64,000 nt of DNA from Chrysomallon squamiferum (lineage: Eukaryota; Animalia; Mollusca), in assembly GCA_012295275.1 (NCBI GenBank), contig CM022667.1:4712001-4776000 (forward strand). The letters run 5' to 3'. The notes beneath the pieces were generated by a model, which did not search any database, had not been told where the DNA came from, and was given only the letters and a program-made list of their open reading frames with translations. This document shows, piece by piece, positions 12,722 to 23,658 of this stretch. The position numbers and the translations under genes were made by a program. Every line of letters begins with the position of its first letter. Position 1 is the stretch's first letter.

Positions 12722-13301
12722 AAATAACATATAAAAAAGTAAACAAAAACAAACAAACAACAGATAAACTAAGAGAGCAAACGTTGGAGGTTTTCAGTTC
12801 TTGAAACGGAACATAAAACTAGGTACAATACGTACAATTTGTTTTCTTATCTTACCAAACGATCATTTCTTTCCTATTTTTCTTTTCTCACAAATTCGTC
12901 CATTCTCGGTTTTATACGAATAACAACGCATTTGACAGAGGGAAGCACTTGCTAGCACGTGACAGCGTAGCGTTTCATATTGAGGCCTAAAAAGTGTCCG
13001 TTTCTGTAGACAATTCAGAGAAACTCATTTCAACTTGAAAATTTATATTAAAAAAAATAATAATAAAAAAATAAAATATAGCTAGAAGAACGACAACTCT
13101 TGTTATCTTTTCGCAGCATGTCAAGCGAAAGTAGTGGTTCCTACTAGCGGAGAATAAATGTGTATTCGTTATTTTCTGTTTGAGAATACAGTAATATTAT
13201 CTTGAAATCCTGTCTAATATTTGGAGCGTGTTAAGCAAATCTCTCTATATCCCCCAAACTACCATCAAAACAAAAAGAAAAACAAACAATATACAGATAT
13301 G

Positions 13302-13303
<2 letters not shown>

Positions 13304-13391
<88 letters not shown>

Positions 13392-13604
13392 TAAAATATA
13401 ATCAGTTTTCTTTATTTAATTCACTCGAAACTAAAGCGCCTTTGTGATTTGTAAGTCAGTTTAGATGTTTCAGAGAGAAGTATCACAGTATTTAACCATT
13501 CTATGTCTTTCTAGTGTCAGACTGCTGTATGTCTAGTCAATAACACTTCACTTTGTTTTTACTGAAATTCCTATGTTACTAAAATTATCTTTTTATCCTT
13601 AACT
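13304..13604. repeat. (GA)n plus ~215-bp segment duplicated at 53671-54002
   Basis: 13389-13604 aligns by eye with 53787-54002; both are preceded by a long (GA)n. Confidence 0.85.
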
Positions 13605-14141
13605 AACTTTAAATTAATTTAAGAAAATAAAAGTAAATATTAATAAAAGAAACAACAATAAGAAAATGAAATAAAAATAAAAATGAATAAAGAAAGAAGT
13701 AAAATAAATAATAATTATAAAAAGATAAACTGTGGAAAAAGTTGTTGACAAAGAAGTATTATCTGTTTGTCTGTCTGACTATTCATGTATCCATTCACAC
13801 ATACTTCTTTCTGCTCTACAGTTGTGTTTAATGGACCATCGATATGTTTTTAAAGCCACAAATATACAAGTTCTCATTATTATATTAAACATTTATACGA
13901 ATATAAAACAATTTAATTACCTTCATTCTTGTTTTCTGTCTCACCTCAGTCACATAATACAAACAGTTTACGTCATCTGGCTTTAATATATAATGCATAT
14001 TTCCAAGATACAAATTGACTGTAATTTTTTATTGTTTTCAAAATGTAAAAATAAAGTAAATATCTCAAGACCAGCTGAAAGTCTGTCATTGTTCAGTTTT
14101 TACTGTTAGAATCAGGTAGACTAGAAACTCGGCAAGAAAAA

Positions 14142-15877
14142 ATGCAGTACAGGACATGTTTGTTTTTACAGGCTGTTGTCTCATCACTTGTAACTGCTTT
14201 ACTTAGGTAAGTGTGTAGTAACTTTTGTGTTATTTAAACCTTGTACAAATACACACACATACACTTTCTGTTTGTCTGTACCTTCCTCCTTCCTGTCTGT
14301 CTCTCACTCTGACTCCTGGCTTTGTATCATCTCTCTTGATATGTTGCAGCATTTGTTTGTATCATTTACATATTTTTTCTATTGTATTAATAGTTACTGT
14401 TGTTTTATTATTTTATTATTAATTGGTCACATTTAGCTGTGATATAAATCAGTTCTCTGAGTGGATCATCAATCACGACTTTGATGATGTTGTCGCCTCT
14501 GACATCCTCCTGGAATCCCTCAGCAACATGATGGATAAAGTACAGTGTGCCATGGAATGCGCCAGAAATATAAAGTGCCTCTCATTTTCATATAACGAAA
14601 AACATATCTGTCATTTGCACAATGACAGATTTTCGAAGGACGTCAGTTATGAGTTTGCTGCAGGATGGCGCTACTATTCATATGTCGGTATGTTTCTTTA
14701 CTAATACTTATTAAACTCTAAACATTCCTAGAAATAATAAAAATGTTGAAGTATCTTATCTCAACTGGAGGATGACATATTTTTAGTAATTTAAAAAACA
14801 AAAATAGAAAATGTATCTGTTTGAGTTGTGTTAAAGACAAAATACGTTGTTTCAAGAACAGAAATATAAGAGATAAATCCTATATATTCAGTCTCAGAAA
14901 TATAAAAAACCTATATTTTCCGCCTCATAAGTACTAAAAGAATGCTATGTTTTTAGAAATATAAAAAAATTCCTACATTAACAATATCGTAAATATTAAA
15001 AGAACCTTTTATATTTTCTGTCTCGCAAGTAGAAAAATTACCTTCATTTTCAGTCTCAGACATACAAAATACTATATTTTCAGTCTCGCAAGTAAAAATA
15101 AATAACGGTATAAAAGTGAGTCTCATAAACATATTTAAAAAGATTCCATATTTCGAATCGCGTAAATATTTAAAATTTTCTGTATTTTCAGTGTCGCAAC
15201 TACAAAATTAATTCCCTAAATTCAATCTCACAAATAAATAAAAAGTATCTTATTTTAAGACATACATATATAAAAAGATCATATATGTTCATTTTCGAAA
15301 GAACAAAAAAAAAAAAAAAAAAATACACAATAATGTTACATTTTCAGTCACACAAGTATAAAAAATCCAACATGTTCAGTTTCACGAATACAAAAAATCC
15401 TATATTTTCAGGACACTGTCCTACTGAAAATGGCTACATCTTCCTTAAGGACGTTGACGTCTGCCTCAAGATTGTCAACATCAGTAAAACCTGGTCTGAA
15501 GCTCGTGACTTTTGTAGCAAGTCACGTGACAGATTGATCGTCATAGACACGGATGAGAAAAATACAGCCATTAGCAACTACGTGAACAATACAACAGGTT
15601 AATATCATCATCATCACCATCGTCATATTCATCATTAGTTACACTAACAACACTTAATTTCGTTTTTCATCACTGCATAATTATATTTATCATCACAATC
15701 ATCATCATCACACCCATCATCATATTCATCTAATAAAAATTATTTTCATGTTTTTCATGATTGCATAATACATTTATTAACAAAGTCATCGTCTTTTTAT
15801 CCTCATGTTAGAGATCAAAGGTGTGCTTGGTAGAAATGTTTGCTCACCAAGGAATTTTTGGATAATTATAAGGAAAG

Positions 15878-15909
<32 letters not shown>

Positions 15910-16311
15910 AATAAATAAATAAAGTTAAATTAAAGTAAAAAGGACAGCTGCTCGTTCTTACAAAATTTTTCTCGTTCCAGCTGATTTGTTGAAAATGAAA
16001 CACAATTTCACACAACCAACTCAAAGTTTAACCATCTTATAATCACGATATTCACTCAGTTTTAAATGTGTGCATTTTTGTTTTATTTTTCAGGGGGTGC
16101 AGCCATCCATATTGGACTGACTGATGAACAGACGAAAGGAAAGTTTGTTTGGGAGAATGGAAAAAAACTTTTATTTTCTAAGTGGAAAAAAGGGCAACCT
16201 GATAATCGCAGAGGAATAGAGGACTGTGTGCAGCTTCTTTCACTGTCCAGTACATGGAAAGATATTCCTTGCTCGAAGGCTATCACATTTGTCTGCGAGA
16301 AACGAATGTGA
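14142..16311 (+). CDS. Secreted PAN/Apple + C-type lectin, copy 1 (QPD; WND changed to WKD), 239 aa
   Basis: Exons 14142-14206 (signal peptide MQYRTCLFLQAVVSSLVTALLS), 14437-14687 (PAN: QCAMECARNIKCLSFSYNEKHICHLH), 15412-15597 (GHCP...C..TWSEARDFC...L), 16094-16311 (IHIGL..FVWENG..W...QPDN..EDC..WKD.PC..FVCE). GT-AG throughout; phases 2,1,1; total 720 nt. Confidence 0.9.
14870..15411 (+). repeat. Degenerate ~32-bp minisatellite forming intron 2 of the lectin gene (present in all complete copies)
   Basis: About 15 diverged units of approximately cctatattttcagtctcagaaatataaaaaat; the last unit supplies the real acceptor cctatattttcag|GACAC. Confidence 0.7.
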
Positions 16312-18866
16312 TTATTTCTGTTTTAATGTTCTTGAAAAAACAACCGAAATGTGGAACATAATTATATTAATTTTTGTATTTGCGAAGCTGCATCAATAAA
16401 AATTACTTTAAGGTTTACTTTTTTTTTTTTTTTTTTTTTTAAATTTTGTTTTCATAATTTCAAACAGACATGATCCTAAATTTTTTATCTCTACTACTAC
16501 TACTACTACTACTACCATCACATTTACTATTATTATATGAACATCATCATCATCATCATTATTACTATTAAAGCGGCTACAAGGAAAAAAGTCATAAACA
16601 AAACAATCACATCAAAATAACATGAAGAAATAATAATTAAAAGTTGATCAAAAAGGAAAATGTAGAAAAAAGTCAAATGGAAAGTGAATTTTAACGAAGA
16701 AAAGAAGAACGTAATAATTTATTTTCAGACAGCAACAATGAAAATAACTGAAAGAATCAACCATCAAATTTCTGTAGATGACAGTATCCAGCTGTTCGAT
16801 TATTATACATCATATGTTTATTTCACTTCTTTTCTTTTGTCAGTTCACTCTTGAATACAACAAGAACAACAAGAACAAAAAAATAAAATAAAATAAAATA
16901 AAATAAAATAAAATAAAATAAAATAACATAAAATAAACAAAAATAAAAGTAAAAGTCGAAGCTCCCAAAGAGAACCAGAAACAAAAATTTGAAAAATAAA
17001 TAAATCATATATAAATAAATAAATAAATAAATAATAATAAAAGAATAAAAATACAAACAACAACAACAAAAAAACAATGAAAGAAAGAAAAAAAGAAACA
17101 ATTTGGTATCAGGTGACAGAAACAGATATTTAAGTAATTTACGTGTTTCTTTTCTAGTGTTTCACACTGTGAAAACATAAATGTTTCTGTGTTAAGAAAA
17201 GAGCTGATAACTACAGTGGTGTGTTCTGTGCGAATCTACTGGGTATGGAAACTAGTTCTTTATAGTTTTCCTTCGTCATAGCACTCACTGAAATAAACGC
17301 AACTATGTGCAACCTTTTCCAGGTCCGACTGAACAAGACTGAAAAATATATTTTATTTTAATCCTTTGAAGGAATCCTGATATGACTTTATTTACTTCAG
17401 CTTACTACGTTCGTTATGAAGAATTCCTTTTATTATGAAGTCATTAAAGATTACTGCAGTTAACGATGTATTTGGTTCCTCGAATTTTCTCATAGTATCT
17501 CGCATAGATCGTGAGTTTGAAATATATATATATATATATATCTTTTTATTTATTACTTATATTTTACCTGCGCTGGTTCAAATGGATTACATTCTAAAAC
17601 AATCGTTGAGCTCGTGTTAATTTTCTTTCAACAGAATACAACTTTGTCTCTCTTTCCCAACAGAGATGAATTATTTAAACTGTTTACTGGGAACACTGAA
17701 TAAAATATGTTGGTTGCTCAGAGACGGTTACATCAGAAAACAAGAATCGTGTTTTTTGTCTAGGCAAGACAACTGGAATGGGAATACTTTGTCCGCAAAA
17801 CAGAGAGATAACACTTCAAAAGGCTCTTGTAAAGAACTAAATTATTAAAGGGATAATGAGGGTTCAAAGTAGGTACAGTAAAGGTTAAACAAACAAAAAC
17901 AAAACAAGCACAGAATTAAGAGAGAGATAAGCGTTTCGTTTGAACGATTAGAAAATTAACTAAGCGTTGTAACTAAGTGTATGTCTTTTTCACTTTCTAT
18001 GTGATTGTAACTTGAGTATTTTTCTTCTGGCTTTTTTCTTTAATTTTACTTTTATGAATAAACCCATCAATCTTCTCCTAATAGAACCTTTTCGATTATT
18101 ATAGACGTTTTTTGAGAAAATTATATACGTATGGGCAATTAGATTTTTTCATTATTACTATTTTATCTCCCTTCAGTAAGTTGGACCGTTATTCAGACAT
18201 TGGTAAATGTTCTAGAACCTCTGTTTTATCATTTTTCTCTACCGTTTGGACATGTGCTTTTGATTTTCTATAACTGACCTATGACCATATTAAAATGAAA
18301 ATGTTGAGATAGAGAGTGTATTCGCGTCTATATATATGTCTTTCTCTCCATTTATCTATCTGTCTTTGTCTGCATTTTTCTATCTATCTATCTATCTATC
18401 TGTGTGTCTGTCTGTCTGTGTCTCTTTATCTATCTATCTATCTATATATCTAGCTGTCTGTCTGTTTCTCTCTCTTTTTCTATCTATCTATCTATCTAGC
18501 TGTCTCTATGTATTCATCTATTAATACATCTATCTCTTCTATAGTTCTGTATCTCTATCTGTCGACTGTTTTTAAAGTCAGAAAGCAGAACTTCTCTCTG
18601 TTACACTAAAAATGTATATGAAAAAAATGAATAATTACTGTTCATTCTTGTGTTCGGTCTCAGCTCAGTCACAAAATAAAAGAAGCTTACATCATCTGGG
18701 TATAAGACATTGTCTTTATTTCTGAAAGAGACAAGGCTATGATAAATTATTTAATCAACACGTAATAATAAAATAAACATTTCAATACAGTCTGCAAGTC
18801 TGTCATTGTTCAGTTTTTACTGTTAGAATCAGGTAGACTAGAAACTCGGTAAATAGAAGGAACAAA

Positions 18867-20637
18867 ATGCAGCACAGGACATGTTTGTTTTTACAGGCTG
18901 TTGTCTCATCACTTGTAACTGCTTTACTTAGGTAAGTGTGTAGTACTTTTATTTTATTTGAATGTTTTACAAATACACACTCATACACTTTCGGTCTGTG
19001 TCTACCTTCCTCCTTTCTGTCTATATCGCTCTGCCTCTCTGTCTCTCTTTAATCTATCCTTTCATCCTACCATCCATTCATTCATCCATCCATCCATCCG
19101 TCTGTTTGTCTGTCTCTGTTTGTCCATTTCTCTCTCTATATATATATATTTTTATCAATCGGTTATTATGTCTGTGTTTTTGTTTGTGTGTGTGTATGTA
19201 TCTGTCTCTCACTGTGACTCCTGGTTTTGTATCATCTCTTTTGATATGTCTACAGCAGATATGATTTAGATTTATTTTCTCTATTGTATTTATGGTTACT
19301 GTTGTTTTATTATTTTATTATTAACTGGTTACATTTAGCTGTGATAATAATCAGTTCTCTGACTGGATCATCAATCACGACTTTGATGATGTTGTCGCCT
19401 CTGACATCCTCCCGGAATCCCTCAGCAACATCATGAATAAAGTACAGTGTGCCAAAGAATGCGCCAGAAATATCAAATGCCTCTCATTTTCATATAACGA
19501 AAGACATATCTGTCATTTGCATAATGACAGATTTTCGAAGAACGTCAGTTATGAGTTTGCTGCAGGATGGCGCTACTATTCATACGTCGGTATGTTTCTT
19601 TACTAATATCTTTTAAACTCTAAACATTCCTAGAAATAATAAAAATGTTGGAGTATATCTAGAAATTAGAAAATGGATCTGATTAGAAGTTGTGTTAAAG
19701 ATAAAATACATTTATTTTCAAAAGAAATCGTATATTTTCAGTTTCTCAAGTATGAAAACGTCATGTATTTTCAGTCTCACATATATAACAAATTTCCTTC
19801 ATTTTCAGTCTCAGAAATACAAAATACTATATTTTCAGTCTCGCAAGTAAAAATAAATAACGGTATAAAAGTGAGTATCATAAACATATTTAAAAAGATT
19901 CCATATTTCGAATCTCGTAAATATTAAAGAAATCTTATATTTTCACTCTCGCAACTACAAAATTAATTCTGTAAATTCAGTCTCACAAATAAATAAAACG
20001 TACCTTATTTTAAGATAGAGATATATAAAAACTTCATGTATGTTCATTTTTGGAAGAACAAAAAAAAAAAAAATACACAATAATGTTACATTTTCAGTCA
20101 CACAAGTATAAAAAATCCAACATGTTCAGTTTCACGAATACAAAAATTCCTATATTTTCAGGACACTGTCCTACTGAAAATGGCTACATCTTCCTTAAGT
20201 ACGTTGACGTGTGCTTCAAGATTGTCAACATCAGTAAAACCTCGTCTGAAGCTCGTGACTTTTGTAGCAAGTCACGTGACAGATTGATCGTCCTAGACAC
20301 GGATGAGAAAAATACAGCCATTAGCAACTACGTGAACAAAGAAACAGGTTAATATCATCATCATCACCATCGTCATATTCATCATTAGTTACACTAACAA
20401 CACTTAATAACGTTTTTCATCACTGCATAATTATATTTATCATCACAATCATCATCATCATCATATTCATCTAATAAAAATTATTTTCATGTCTTTCATG
20501 ATTGCATAATACATTTATTAACAAAGTCATCGTCTTTTTATCCTCATGTTAGAGATCAAAGGTGTGGTTGGTAGAAATGTTTGCTCACCAAAGAATTTTG
20601 TGATAATTATAAGGAAAGAAAATAAAAAAAATAAAAA

Positions 20638-20699
<62 letters not shown>

Positions 20700-21088
20700 A
20701 GTTAAATTAAATTAAAAAGGACAGCTGCTCGTTCTTACAAGAATGTTCTCGTTCCAGCTGATTTGTTGAAAATGAAACACAATTTCACACAACCAACTCA
20801 AAGTTTAACCATCTTATAATCACGATATTCACTCATTTTTGAATCTGTGCATTTTTGTTGTATTTTTCAGGTGGTAAAGACATCCATATTGGACTGACTG
20901 ATGAACAGACGGAAGGAAAGTTTGTTTGGGAGAATGGAAAAAAACTTTCATTTTCTAAGTGGAGAAACGGGGAACCTGACAATTATGTAGGAATGGAAGA
21001 CTGTGTGCAGCTTACTTCATCGTTGAGTGCATGGAATGATATTTCCTGCTCGAATACCAACATATTTGTCTGCGAGAAACGAATGTGA
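18867..21088 (+). CDS. PAN + C-type lectin, copy 2 (EPD, WND)
   Basis: Exons 18867-18931, 19339-19589, 20162-20347, 20871-21088; open frame, intact splice sites; helix-1 Trp changed to Ser (TCG 20242-20244). Confidence 0.9.
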
Positions 21089-23658
21089 TTATTTCTGTTT
21101 TAATGTTCTTGAAAAAACAACAGAAATGTGAATCATAATTATATTCATTTTTGTATTTGACAAAGCTGCATCAATAAAAATTAGACTAAGGTTTACTTTT
21201 GTTTTTTTTCTCAATTTTGTTTTCATAATTTCAAACAGACATGATCCTAATATTTTTATCTCTACTACTACTACTACTACTACTACTATACTACTACTAC
21301 TATTTGAACACTATGATATTTACTATTGCTATTATTATTATTATTATTATTAAAGCATTATACAATGAAAAAATCATAAACAAAACATTCATTAAAAATA
21401 AAAAGAAAAAGGTAAAAACAAAAAATTTGACATGAAAATAACACGACTAAATAATAATTTAAAAAAAAATGATAGAAAAAAGTCAAAATGGAAAGTGAAT
21501 TTTAAGAAGAAAAGAACAACATTTTAATTTACTTTTTCAAAAATAACTGAAAGAATCAACGACACAAATTTCTGTCTATGATAGCATCCAGCTATTCGAT
21601 TATTATACACATCATATGTTTATTTTAAAATTTTTTTTGTCAGTTCACTAATAATAATTCAACAAAACAATAATAATAAAATAAAAATAATAATAATAAA
21701 AAAAATAAAAAAAAAAATAAAAATAAAATAAAATAAAATAAAATAAATAAAAAATAAAAAATAAAATAAAATAAAAAAAAATAAAAAGAAAAAATCGAAT
21801 CTCCTAAAGGGGAACCATAAACAAAAAAAAATAAAAAATAAAAAAAAAATAAAAAAAAATAATAATAATAAATAAAAAAAAAAAAAAAATAATAATAAAA
21901 AAAAAAAAAAAAAACAACAAAAACAACAAAAACAGAAAGAAAGAAAGAAAAAAGATAATTTGCTATCAGGTGATAGAAACAGATATTTAAGTAATTTACG
22001 TGTTTCTTTTCTAGTGTTTGACAGTCTGAAAACATAAATTTTTCTGTGGTTAGAAAAGAGCTAATAATTACAGTGGTGTGTTCTATGCGAATCTACTGGG
22101 ATCTGGAAACTAGTTCTTTATAGTTTTCCTTCGTCATAGCACTCACTGAAATAAACGCAACTATGTGCGAACTTTTCCAGGTCCGCCTGAACAAGACTGA
22201 AAAATATATTTTATTTTAATCCTTTGAAGGAATCCTGATATGACTTTATTTACTTCAGCTTACTACGTTTGTTTTGAATAACTCCTTTTATTATGACGTC
22301 ATTATCGATTAGTTCAATTAAAGATTTATTTCGTCCCTCGAATTTTCTCGTAGGATCTGGCATTGATAGTGAGTTTGAAAAAAAAAATATATAATTTAAA
22401 TTCTACCTACGCTAGTTCAAATGGAATACACCCTAAAACAATCGTTGAGCTCGTGTTAATTTTCTTTCAACAGAATACAACTTTGTCTCTCTTTCCCAAA
22501 AGAGATGAATTATTTATACTGTTTATAGGGAACAATGAATAAAATATGTTGAGTGATCAGATACGGTTACATCAGCACACAACAATCGTTTTTGTTTTCT
22601 CTGTTCAACAACTGGAATGGGAATACTTTCTACGCAATACAGAGAAATAACACAACAGAGCGCTCTTGTAAAGAACTAAATTATTAAAACAATAATGAGG
22701 GTTGAAAGTAGATATATTAAGTGTTAAACAAACAAAAACAAAACAAGCACAGAATTAAGAGAGAGAGATAGTTGTTTCGTTTGAACAATTACAAAATTAA
22801 CTAAGTGAATGTCTTTTTTCACTTTCTATATGATTGTAACTTGAGTATTTTTGTTCTGGCATTTTTCTTTAATTTTACTTTTATTTGTCAGTGCAGCTGC
22901 GGATTCAGCCGACAGAAAATGAACTCATCAATCTTCTCCAAGTAGAACCTTCCCTGTCTTTCTCGATTATTATAGACGTTTTTAGACAAAATTATATACG
23001 TATGGGCAATTAGATTTTTTTCATTATTATTATTTTATCTCCCTTCACTAGGTTGGACCGTTATTCAGACATTGGTAAATGTTCTAGAACCTCTGTTTTA
23101 TCATTTTTCTCTAAGGTTTGGACATGTGCTTTAGATTTTCCATGCCTGTCCTATGACCATATTAAATAAAAATTTGGATATAGACAGTTTATTCGCGTCT
23201 ATGTATCTGTCTTTCTGTCTCTCTCTCTCTTTATCTATCTAGCTATCTAGCTGTCTCTCTATGTATCAATCTATGTATCTGTCTCTATCTATCTATCTAG
23301 CTGTCTCTCTATGTAGTATTCATCCTTCAATCCATCTATCTCTTCTATAGTTCTGTATCTCTATCTGTGGACCAGTTTTTAAAGCCAAAAATTTATGTGA
23401 AAAAATGAATAATTACTGTTCATTGTTGTGTTCGGTCTCACCTCAGTCACATAATACAAAGAGCTTACTTCACCTGGGTATAAAACATAGTCTGTGTTTC
23501 CGCAAGAGACAAATCTATGATAAATTATTTAATGTTTTGATAACGTAATCACAAAATAAACATTTCAATACAGTCTGCCAGTCTGTCATTGTTCAGTTTT
23601 TACTGTTAGAATCAGGTAGACTAGAAACTCGGTAAAAAGAAGAAAAATATTTAAAAAA

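Noticed and set aside
12583-12804. Poly-lysine ORF
   Set aside because: Translation of a long poly-A tract.
14116-14171. Cryptic intron cag|gtagac...ttttacag| spanning the lectin start codon
   Set aside because: Only 56-73 nt with a weak donor; removal deletes the ATG and leaves an in-frame upstream TAG, whereas the unspliced form gives a conserved signal peptide.
15285-15411. N-terminal extension MLHFQSHKYKKSNMFSFTNTKNPIFS on the exon-3 ORFs
   Set aside because: Intronic repeat units read through in frame; the true exon starts at the ttttcag|GACAC acceptor, and copy 10 lacks the extension.
18803-18988. Recurrent minus-strand 61-aa ORF (also 39974, 48177)
   Set aside because: Antisense to lectin exon 1; recurs only because the unit is duplicated and is not retained in other copies.
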